Shown here: positions 52,301 to 63,560 of the stretch, piece by piece | Numbering within the stretch: position 1 is the first letter of the stretch | Layout of the letters: every line of letters starts with the position of its first letter | Source: Eledone cirrhosa | Taxonomy: Eukaryota | DNA length: 64,000 bases | NCBI GenBank assembly: GCA_964016885.1 | Contig: CAXHJY010000168.1 | Location: 124,001-188,000 of the forward strand | Direction of reading: 5' to 3' | Translations under genes and position numbers: made by a program | Notes under the pieces: generated by a model | Databases searched by the model: none | The model's input: the letters and a program-made list of their open reading frames with translations, nothing else | What the model was told of the DNA's origin: nothing

Positions 52301-55300
52301 GGTCCGTTTTTTATTTGTGTGCCCCGTTTTTTTTATTGGGGGTCCGTTTTTTATTTGGATGCCCCGTTTTTTATTTGGGTGCCCCGTTTTTTTATTTGGG
52401 TACCCCGTTTTTTACTTGGGTGCCCCGTTTTTTATGGGGGGGTCCGTTTTTTATTTGGCTGCCCCGTTTTTTTATGAGGGGGTTCTTTTTTTATTTGGGT
52501 ACCCCGTTTTTTATTTGGGTGCCCCGTTTTTTATGGGGGGTCCGTTTTTTATTTCGGTGCCCCGTTTTTTTATGGGGGGGTCCGTTTTTTATTTGGGTGC
52601 CCCGTTTTTTATTTGGGTGCCCCGTTTTTGTATGGGGGGGTCCGTTTTTTATTTGGGTGCCGTTTTTTATTTGGGTGCCCCGTTTTTTATATGGGGATCT
52701 CGTTTTTTGGTCCGTTTTTTATTTGGGTACCCCGTTTTTTATTTCGGTGCCCCGTTTTTTTTATGGGGGGGTCCGTTTTTTATTTGGGTGCCCCGTTTTT
52801 TATTTGGGTGCCCCGTTTTTTTATGGGGGGGCCGTTTTTTATTTGGGTACCCCGTATTTTATTTGGGTGCCCCGTTTTTTTATGGGGGGGTTCGTTTTTT
52901 ATTTGGGTGCCCCGTTTTTTTTATGGGGGGGGGGTCCGTTTTTTATTTGGGTGCCCCGTTTTTTATTTGGGTGCCCCGTTTTTTATTTGGATGCCCCGTT
53001 TTTTTATGGGGGGTGCGTTTTTTATTTGGGTACCCCGTTTTTTATTTGGGTGCCCCGTTTTTTTATGGGGGTGTCCGTTTTTTAATTGGGTGCCCCGTTT
53101 TTTTATGGGGGGTCCGTTTTTTATTTGGGTGCCCCGTTTTTTGGGTCCGTTTTTTATTTGGGTACCCCGTTTTTTATTTGGGTGCCCCGTTTTTTTATGG
53201 GGGGGTCCGTTTTATATTTGGGTGCCCCGTTTTTTATTTGGGTGCACCGTTTTTTATTTGGGTACCCCGTTTTTTATTTGGATGCTCCGTTTTTTTATGG
53301 GGAGGGGTCCGTTTTTTATTTGGGTACCCCGTTTTTTATTTAGGTGCCCCGTTTTTTTATGGGGGCTCCGTTTTTTATTTGGGTGCCCCGTTTTTTTATG
53401 GTGGGGTCCGTTTTTTATTTGGGTGCCCCGTTCTTTTAGGGGCGTCCGTTTTTTTATTTGGGTGCCCTGTTTTTTATTTGGGTACCCCGTTTTTTATTTC
53501 GGTGCCTCGTTTTTTTATGGGGGGTCCGTTTTTTTATTTCGGTGCCCCGTTTTTTTTATGGGGGGTTCCGTTTTTTATTTGGGTGCCCCGTTTTTTATTT
53601 GGGTACCCCGTTTTTTATTTGGGTACCCCGTTTTTTATTCCGGTGCCTCGTATTTTTATAGGGCTCCGTTTTTTTATTTCGGTGCCCCGTTTTTTTATGG
53701 GGGGGTCCGTTTTTTATTTGGGTGCCCCGTTTTTTATTTGGGTACCCTGTTTTTTATTTGGGTGCCCCGTTTTTTGGGTCCGTTTTTTATTTGGATGCCC
53801 CGTTTTTTATTTGGGTGCCCCGTTTTTTTATTTGGGTACCCCGTTTTTTGCTTGGGTGCCCCGTTTTTTATGGGGGGGTCCGTTTTTTATTTGGGTGCCC
53901 CGTTTTTTTATGAGGGGGTTCTTTTTTTATTTGGGTACCCCGTTTTTTATTTGGGTGCCCCGTTTTTCATGGCGGGGTCCGTTTTTTATTTGGGTGCCCC
54001 GTTTTTTTAGGGGGGGTCCGTTTTTTATTCGGGTGCCCCGTTTTTTATTTGGGGACCTCGTTTTTTGGTCCGTTTTTTATTTGGGTACCCCGTTTTTTAT
54101 TTCGGTTTCCCGTTATTTTATGCGGGGTGTCCGTTTTTTATTTGGGTACACGTTTTTTATTTGGGTGTCCCGTTTTTTTATGGGGGGGGTCCGTTTTTTA
54201 TTTGGGTGCCCCGTTTCTGATTTGGGTGCCCCGTTTTTTTATGGGGGGGTTCCGTTTTTTATTTGGGTGCCCCGTTTTTTGGGTCCGTTTTTTACTTGGG
54301 TACACCGTTTTTTTATTTGGGTGCCCCGTTTTTTTATGGGGGGGTCCGTTTTTTATTTGGGTACCCCGTTTTTTATTTGGTTGCCCCGTTATTTTATGGG
54401 GGGGTCCGTTTTTTATTTGGGTGCCCCGTTTTTGGGGTCCGTTTTTTATTTGGGTACCCCGTTTTATTATGGGGGGGGTCCGTTTTTTATTTGGGTGCCC
54501 CGTTTTTTTATGGGGATGGTCCGTTTTTTATTTGGGTGCCCCGTTTTTTTATGGGGGGGTCCGTTTTTTATTTGGATGCCCCGTTTTTTTATGGGGGGGT
54601 CCGTTTTTTATTTGGGTGCCCCGTTTTTTGGGTCCGTTTTTAATTTGGGTACCCCGTTTTTTATTTCGGTGCCCCGTTTTTTTATGGGGGGTCCGTTTTT
54701 TATTTGGGTGCCCCGGTTTTGTTATGGGGGGGCTCCGTTTTCTATTTGGGTGCACTTTTTTTTTATTTGGGTACCCCGTTTTTTATTTGGATGCCCCGTT
54801 TTTTATGGGGGGGGTCCGTTTTTTATTTGGGTACACCGTTTTTTATTTGGGTGCCTCGTTTTTTTATGTGGGGGTCCGTTTTTTATTTGGGTGCCCCGTA
54901 TTTTATTTGGGTGTCCCGTTTTTTTATGGGGGGGGTACGTTTTTTATTTGGGTGCCCCGTTATTTTATGAGGGTGTCAGTTTTTTATTTGGGTACCCCGT
55001 TTTTTATTTGGGTGCCCCGTTTTTTATGGCGGGGTCCGTTTTTTATTTGGGTGCCCCGTTTTTTTAGGGGGGGTCCGTTTTTTATTTGGGTGCCCCGTTT
55101 TTTATTTGGGGACCCCGTTTTTTGGTCCGTTTTTTATTTGGGTACCCCGTTTTTTATTTCGGTGCCCTGTTTTTTTATGGGGGGGTCCGTTTTTTATTTG
55201 GGTGCCCCGTTTTTTATTTCGGTGCCCCGTTTTTTTATGGGGGGTCCGTTTTTTATTTGGGTGCCCCGGTTTTTTTTATGGGGGGGGGCTCCGTTTTTTA

Positions 55301-57625
55301 TTTGGGTGCCCCGTTTTTTATTTGGGTGCACTTTTTTTTTATTTGGGTACCCCGTTTTTTATTTGGATGCCCCGTTTTTTATGGGGGGTCCGTTTTTTAT
55401 TTGGGTACCCCGTTTTTAATTTGGGTGCCCCGTTTTTTTATGGGGGGGTCCGTTTTTTATTTGGGTGCCCCATTTTCTATGGGGGGGTCCGTTTTTTATT
55501 TTTGTACCCCGTATTTTATTTGGGTGTCCCGTTTTTTTATGGGGGGGTACGTTTTTTATTTCGGTGCCCCGTTTTTTTATGAGGGAGTCAGTTTTTTATT
55601 TGGGTACCCCGTTTTTTATTTGGGTGCCCCGTTTTTTATGGCGGGGTCCGTTTTTTATTTGGGTGCCCCGTTTTTTTAGGGGGGGGGTCCGTTTTTTATT
55701 TGGGTGCCCCGTTTTTTATTTGGGTACCCCGTTTTTTATTTCAGTGCCCCGTTTTTGTATGGGGGGGTCCGTTTTTTATTTGGGTGCCGTTTTTTATTTG
55801 GGTGCCCCGTTTTTGGGTCCGTTTTTTATTTGTGTGCCCCCTTTTTTTTATTGGGGGTCCGTTTTTTATTTGGATGCCCCGTTTTTTATTTGGGTGCCCC
55901 GTTTTTTTATTTGGGTACCCCGTTTTTTACTTGGGTGCCCCGATTTTTATGGGGGTCCGTTTTTTATTTGGGTGCCCCGTTTTTTTATGAGGGGGTTCTT
56001 TTTTTTATTTGGGTACCCCGTTTTTTATTTGGGTGCCCCTTTTTTTATGGGGGGTCCGTTTTTTATTTCGGTGCCCCGTTTTTTTATGGGGGGGTCCGTT
56101 TTTTATTTGGTTGCCCCTTTTTTTATTTGGGTGCCCCGTTTTTGTATGGGGGGGTCCGTTTTTTATTTGAGTGCCGTTTTTTATTTGGGTGCCCCGTTTT
56201 TTATTTGGGGACCTCGTTTTTTGGTCCGATTTTTATTTGGGTGCCCCGTTTTTTGGGTCCGTTTTTTATTTGGGTACCCCGTTTTTTATTTCGGTGCCCC
56301 GTTTTTTTATGGGGGGTCCGCTTTTTATTTCGGTGCCCCGTTTTTTTATGGGGGGGTCCGTTTTTTATTTGGGTGCCCCGCTTTTGTATGGGGGGGTCCG
56401 TTTTTTATTTGGGTTCCGTTTTTTATTTGGGTGCCCCGTTTTTTGGGTCCGTTTTTTATTTGTGTGCCCCGTTTTTTTTATTGGGGGTCCGTTTTTTATT
56501 TGGATGCCCCGTTTTTTATTTGGGTGCCCCGTTTTTTTATTTGGGTACCCCGTTTTTTACTTGGGTGCCCCGTTTTTTATGGGGGGGTCCGTTTTTTATT
56601 TGGCTGCCCCGTTTTTTTATGAGGGGGTTCTTTTTTTATTTGGGTACCCCGTTTTTTATTTGGGTGCCCCGTTTTTTATGGGGGGTCCGTTTTTTATTTC
56701 GGTGCCCCGTTTTTTTATGGGGGGGTCCGTTTTTTATTTGGGTGCCCCGTTTTTTATTTGGGTGCCCCGTTTTTGTATGGGGGGGTCCGTTTTTTATTTG
56801 GGTGCCGTTTTTTATTTGGGTGCCCCGTTTTTTATATGGGGATCTCGTTTTTTGGTCCGTTTTTTATTTGGGTACCCCGTTTTTTATTTCGGTGCCCCGT
56901 TTTTTTTATGGGGGGGTCCGTTTTTTATTTGGGTGCCCCGTTTTTTATTTGGGTGCCCCGTTTTTTTATGGGGGGGCCGTTTTTTATTTGGGTACCCCGT
57001 ATTTTATTTGGGTGCCCCGTTTTTTTATGGGGGGGTTCGTTTTTTATTTGGGTGCCCCGTTTTTTTTATGGGGGGGGGGTCCGTTTTTTATTTGGGTGCC
57101 CCGTTTTTTATTTGGGTGCCCCGTTTTTTATTTGGATGCCCCGTTTTTTTATGGGGGGTGCGTTTTTTATTTGGGTACCCCGTTTTTTATTTGGGTGCCC
57201 CGTTTTTTTATGGGGGTGTCCGTTTTTTAATTGGGTGCCCCGTTTTTTTATGGGGGGTCCGTTTTTTATTTGGGTGCCCCGTTTTTTGGGTCCGTTTTTT
57301 ATTTGGGTACCCCGTTTTTTATTTGGGTGCCCCGTTTTTTTATGGGGGGGTCCGTTTTATATTTGGGTGCCCCGTTTTTTATTTGGGTGCACCGTTTTTT
57401 ATTTGGGTACCCCGTTTTTTATTTGGATGCTCCGTTTTTTTATGGGGAGGGGTCCGTTTTTTATTTGGGTACCCCGTTTTTTATTTAGGTGCCCCGTTTT
57501 TTTATGGGGGCTCCGTTTTTTATTTGGGTGCCCCGTTTTTTTATGGTGGGGTCCGTTTTTTATTTGGGTGCCCCGTTCTTTTAGGGGCGTCCGTTTTTTT
57601 ATTTGGGTGCCCTGTTTTTTATTTG
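49335..57625. repeat. 4145-bp near-perfect tandem duplication in array B
   Basis: A constant 4145 offset holds for pseudo-ORF starts 49577/53722, 49904/54049, 50941/55086, 51320/55465, 52026/56171 and 53086/57231. ATAGGGCTCC occurs at 49513 and 53658. Confidence 0.95.
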
Positions 57626-60600
57626 GGTACCCCGTTTTTGGGGTCCGTTTTTTATTTGGGTACCCTGTTTTTTTATTTGGGTGCCCCGTTTTTTTATGGG
57701 GGGGTCCGTTTTTTATTTTTGTACCCTGTTTTTTTATTCGGGTGCCCCGTTTTTTTATGGGGGGGTCCGTTTTTTATTTGGGTGCCCCGTTTTTTTATGG
57801 GGGGGTCCGTTTTTTATTTGGGTGCCCCGTTTTTTTATGGGGGGTCCGTTTTTCATTTGGGTGCCCCGTTTTTTATTTGGGTGCCCCGTTTTTTATTTGG
57901 GTACCCCGTTTTTTATTTGGATGCCCCGTCTTTTTATGAGGTGGTGCGTTTTTCATTTGGGTACCCCGTTTTTTATTTGGGTGCCCCGTTTTTTTATGGG
58001 GTCCGTTTTTTATTTGGATGCCCCGTTTTTTATTTGGGTACCCCGTTTTTTATTTGGGTGCCCCGTTTTTTATGGGGGGGTCCGTTTTTTATTTGGGTGC
58101 CCCGTTTTTTTATGAGGGGGTTCTTTTTTTATTTGGGTACCCCGTTTTTTATATGGGTGCCCCGTTTTTTATGGGGGGTCCGTTTTTTATTTCGGTGCCC
58201 CGTTTTTTTATGGGGGGGTCCGTTTTTTATTTGGGTGCCCCGTTTTTTATTTGGGTGCCCCGTTTTTGTATGGGGGGGTCCGTTTTTTATTTGGGTGCCG
58301 TTTTTTATTTGGGTGCCCCGTTTTTTATATGGGGACCTCGTTTTTTTATCCGTTTTTTATTTGGGTACCCCGTTTTTTATTTCGGTGCCCCTTCTTTTTA
58401 TGGGGGGGTCCGTTTTTTATTTGGGTGCCCCTTTTTTTTTATGGGGGGGTCCGTTTTTTATTTGGGTGCCCCGTTTTTTATTTGGGTGCCCCGTTTTTGT
58501 ATGGGGGGGTCCGTTTTTTATTTGGGTGCCGTTTTTTATTTGGGTGCCCCGTTTTTTATATGGGGACCTCGTTTTTTGGTCCGTTTTTTATTTGGGTACC
58601 CCGTTTTTTATTTCGGTGCCCCTTTTTTTTATGGGGGGGTCCGTTTTTTATTTGGGTGCCCCGTTTTTTTTATGGGGGGGTCCGTTTTTTATTTGGTTGC
58701 CCCGTTTTTTATTTGGGTGCCCCGTTTTTGTATGGGGGGGGTCCGTTTTTTATTTGAGTGCCGTTTTTTATTTGGGTGCCCCGTTTTTTATTTGGGGACC
58801 TCGTTTTTTGGTCCGATTTTTATTTGGGTGCCCCGTTTTTTGGGTCCGTTTTTTATTTGGGTACCCCGTTTTTTATTTCGGTGCCCCGTTTTTTTATGGG
58901 GGGTCCGCTTTTTATTTCGGTGCCCCGTTTTTTTATGGGGGGGTCCGTTTTTTATTTGGGTGCCCCGCTTTTGTATGGGGGGGTCCGTTTTTTATTTGGG
59001 TTCCGTTTTTTATTTGGGTGCCCCGTTTTTTGGGTCCGTTTTTTATTTGTGTGCCCCGTTTTTTTTATTGGGGGTCCGTTTTTTATTTGGATGCCCCGTT
59101 TTTTATTTGGGTGCCCCGTTTTTTTATTTGGGTACCCCGTTTTTTACTTGGGTGCCCCGTTTTTTATGGGGGGTCCGTTTTTTATTTGGCTGCCCCGTTT
59201 TTTTATGAGGGGGTTCTTTTTTTATTTGGGTACCCCGTTTTTTATTTGGGTGCCCCGTTTTTTATGGGGGGTCCGTTTTTTATTTCGGTGCCCCGTTTTT
59301 TTATGGGGGGGTCCGTTTTTTATTTGGGTGCCCCGTTTTTTATTTGGGTGCCCCGTTTTTGTATGGGGGGGGGTCCGTTTTTTATTTGGGTGCCCCGTTT
59401 TTTATATGGGGACCTCGTTTTTTGGTCCGTTTTTTATTTGGGTACCCCGTTTTTTATTTCGGTGCCCCGTTTTTTTTATGGGGGGGTACGTTTTTTATTT
59501 GGGTGCCCCGTTTTTTATTTGGGTGCCCCGTTTTTTATTTGGGTGCCCCGTTTTTTTATGGGGGGGCCGTTTTTTATTTGGGTACCCCGTATTTTATTTG
59601 GGTGCCCCGTTTTTTTATGGGGGGGTCCGTTTTTTATTTGGGTGCCCCGTTTTTTTTATGGGGGGGGGTCCGTTTTTTATTTGGGTGCCCCGTTTTTTAT
59701 TTGGGTGCCCCGTTTTTTATTTGGGTACCCCGTTTTTTATTTGGATGCCCCGTTTTTTTATGGGGGGTGCGTTTTTTATTTGGGTACCCCGTTTTTTATT
59801 TGGGTGCCCCGTTTTTTTATGGGGGTGTCCGTTTTTTAATTGGGTGCCCCGTTTTTTTATGGGGGGTCCGTTTTTTATTTGGGTGCCCCGTTTTTTGGGT
59901 CCGTTTTTTATTTGGGTACCCCGTTTTTTATTTGGGTGCCCCGTTTTTTTATGGGGGGGTCCGTTTTTTATTTGGGTGCCCCGTTTTTTATTTGGGTGCA
60001 CCGTTTTTTATTTGGGTACCCCGTTTTTTATTTGGATGCTCCGTTTTTTTATGGGGAGGGGTCCGTTTTTTATTTGGGTACCCCGTTTTTTATTTAGGTG
60101 CCCCGTTTTTTTATGGGGGCTCCGTTTTTTATTTGGGTGCCCCGTTTTTTTATTTGGGTGCCCCGTTTTTTTATGGTGGGGTCCGTTTTTTATTTGGGTG
60201 CCCCGTTCTTTTAGGGGCGTCCGTTTTTTTATTTGGGTGCCCTGTTTTTTATTTGGGTACCCCGTTTTTGGGGTCCGTTTTTTATTTGGGTACCCTGTTT
60301 TTTTATTTGGGTGCCCCGTTTTTTTATGGGGGGGTCCGTTTTTTATTTTTGTACCCTGTTTTTTTATTCGGGTGCCCCGTTTTTTTATGGGGGGGTCCGT
60401 TTTTTATTTGGGTGCCCCGTTTTTTTATGGGGGGGTCCGTTTTTTATTTGGGTGCCCCGTTTTTTTATGGGGGGTCCGTTTTTCATTTGGGTGCCCCGTT
60501 TTTTATTTGGGTGCCCCGTTTTTTATTTGGGTACCCCGTTTTTTATTTGGATGCCCCGTCTTTTTATGAGGTGGTGCGTTTTTCATTTGGGTACCCCGTT

Positions 60601-61070
60601 TTTTATTTGGGTGCCCCGTTTTTTTATGGGGTCCGTTTTTTATTTGGATGCCCCGTTTTTTATTTGGGTACCCCGTTTTTTATTTGGGTGCCCCGTTTTT
60701 TATGGGGGGGTCCGTTTTTTATTTGGGTGCCCCGTTTTTTTATGAGGGGGTTCTTTTTTTATTTGGGTACCCCGTTTTTTATATGGGTGCCCCGTTTTTT
60801 ATGGGGGGTCCGTTTTTTATTTCGGTGCCCCGTTTTTTTATGGGGGGGTCCGTTTTTTATTTGGGTGCCCCGTTTTTTATTTGGGTGCCCCGTTTTTGTA
60901 TGGGGGGGTCCGTTTTTTATTTGGGTGCCGTTTTTTATTTGGGTGCCCCGTTTTTTATATGGGGACCTCGTTTTTTGGTCCGTTTTTTATTTGGGTACCC
61001 CGTTTTTTATTTCGGTGCCCCTTTTTTTTATGGGGGGGTCCGTTTTTTATTTGGGTGCCCCGTTTTTTTT
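56100..61070. repeat. ~2.6-kb tandem duplication in array B
   Basis: Offsets are 2587 (56171/58758), 2609 (57231/59840) and 2630 (57603/60233, 58018/60648). The offset steps by about one monomer at a time. Confidence 0.85.
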
Positions 61071-63560
61071 AAGGGGGGGTCCGTTTTTTATTTGGGTGCC
61101 CCGTTTTTTTATGGGGGGGTCCGTTTTTTATTTGGGTGCCCCGTTTTTTTATGGGGGGGTCCGTTTTTTATTTGGGTGCCCCGTTTTTTTATGGGGGGGT
61201 CCGTTTTTTATTTGGGTGCCCCGTTTATTATTTGGGTACCACGTTTTTTGGGTCCGTGTTTTATTTGGGTACCCCGTTTTTTAATTGGGTGCCCCGTTTT
61301 TTTATGGGGGGATCCGTTTTTTATTTGGGTGCCCCGTTTTTTATGGGGGGTCCGTTTTTTATTTGGGTGCCCCGTTTTTTATTTGGGTGCCCCGTTTTTT
61401 ATTTGGGTACCCCGTTTTTTAATTGGGTGCCCCGTTTTTTTATGGGGGGGTCCGTTTTTTATTTGGGTGCCCCGTTTTTTATTTGGGTACCCCGTTTTTT
61501 GTTTGGGTACCCCGTATTTTATTTGGGTGCCCCCTTTTTTTATGGTGGGGGGTCCGTTTTTTATTTGGGTGCCCCGTTTTTTTATGGGGGTGTCAGTTTT
61601 TTATTTGGGTACCCCGTCTTTTATTTGGGTGCCCCGTTTTTTATTTGGGTGCCCCGTTCTTTTATGGGGGGTCCGTTTTTTATTTGGGTATCCCGTTTTT
61701 TAATTGGGTGCCCCGTTTTTTTATGGGGGGGTCCGTTTTTTATTTGGGTGCCCCGTTTTTTATGGGGGGTCCGTTTTTTATTTGGGTGCCCCGTTTTTTA
61801 TTTGGGTGCCCCGTTTTTTATTTGGGTACCCCGTTTTTTATTTGGATGCCCCGTTTTTTTTATGGGGGGGTGCGCTTTTTATTTGGGTACCCCGTTTTTT
61901 ATTTGGGTGCCCCGTTTTTTTATGGGGGTGTCCGTTTTTTAATTGGGTGCCCCGTTTTTTTATGGGGGGGTCCGTTTTTTATTTGGGTGCCCCGTTTTTT
62001 TATGGGGGGGTCCGTTTTTTATTTGGGTGCCCCGTTTTTTTATGGGGGGTCCGTTTTTCATTTGGGTGCCCCGTTTTTTATTTGGGTGCCCCGTTTTTTA
62101 TTTGGGTACCCCGTTTTTTATTTGGATGCCCCGTCTTTTTATGAGGTGGTGCGTTTTTCATTTGGGTACCCCGTTTTTTATTTGGGTGCCCCGTTTTTTT
62201 ATGGGGTCCGTTTTTTATTTGGATGCCCCGTTTTTTATTTGGGTACCCCGTTTTTTATTTGGGTGCCCCGTTTTTTATGGGGGGGTCCGTTTTTTATTTG
62301 GGTGCCCCGTTTTTTTATGAGGGGGTTCTTTTTTTATTTGGGTACCCCGTTTTTTATATGGGTGCCCCGTTTTTTATGGGGGGTCCGTTTTTTATTTCGG
62401 TGCCCCGTTTTTTTATGGGGGGGTCCGTTTTTTATTTGGGTGCCCCGTTTTTTATTTGGGTGCCCCGTTTTTGTATGGGGGGGTCCGTTTTTTATTTGGG
62501 TGCCGTTTTTTATTTGGGTGCCCCGTTTTTTATATGGGGACCTCGTTTTTTGGTCCGTTTTTTATTTGGGTACCCCGTTTTTTATTTCGGTGCCCCTTTT
62601 TTTTATGGGGGGGTCCGTTTTTTATTTGGGTGCCCCGTTTTTTTTATGGGGGGGTCCGTTTTTTATTTGGGTGCCCCGTTTTTTTATGGGGGGGTCCGTT
62701 TTTTATTTGGGTGCCCCGTTTTTTTATGGGGGGGTCCGTTTTTTATTTGGGTGCCCCGTTTTTTTATGGGGGGGTCCGTTTTTTATTTGGGTGCCCCGTT
62801 TATTATTTGGGTACCACGTTTTTTGGGTCCGTGCTTTATTTGGGTACCCCGTTTTTTAATTGGGTGCCCCGTTTTTTTATGGGGGGATCCGTTTTTTATT
62901 TGGGTGCCCCGTTTTTTATGGGGGGTCCGTATTTTATTTGGGTGCCCCGTTTTTTATTTGGGTGCCCCGTTTTTTATTTGGGTACCCCGTTTTTTAATTG
63001 GGTGCCCCGTTTTTTTATGGGGGGTCCGTTTTTTATTTGGGTGCCCCGTTTTTTATTTGGGTACCCCGTTTTTTGTTTGGGTACCCCGTATTTTATTTGG
63101 GTGCCCCGTTTTTTTATGGTGGGGGGTCCGTTTTTTATTTGGGTGCCCCGTTTTTTTATGGGGGTGTCAGTTTTTTATTTGGGTACCCCGTCTTTTATTT
63201 GGGTGCCCCGTTTTTTATTTGGGTGCCCCGTTCTTTTATGGGGGGTCCGTTTTTTATTTGGGTATCCCGTTTTTTAATTGGGTGCCCCGTTTTTTTATGG
63301 GGGGGTCCGTTTTTTATTTGGGTGCCCCGTTTTTTATGGGGGGTCCGTTTTTTATTTGGGTGCCCCGTTTTTTATTTGGGTGCCCCGTTTTTTATTTGGG
63401 TACCCCGTTTTTTATTTGGATGCCCCGTTTTTTTTATGGGGGGGTGCGCTTTTTATTTGGGTACCCCGTTTTTTATTTGGGTGCCCCGTTTTTTTATGGG
63501 GGTGTCCGTTTTTTAATTGGGTGCCCCGTTTTTTTATGGGGGGGTCCGTTTTTTATTTGG
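60400..63560. repeat. ~1575-bp tandem duplication in array B
   Basis: Pseudo-ORF starts match at 60881/62456, 61423/62998, 61704/63278 and 61943/63517. GGGTACCACG followed by GGGTCCGTG occurs near 61234 and 62809. Confidence 0.9.

Noticed and set aside
26806-60001. Short K/R/P-rich minus-strand ORFs
   Set aside because: They arise where indels happen to skip the TAA in AAATAAAAAA, and they are simply the reverse translation of the repeat.
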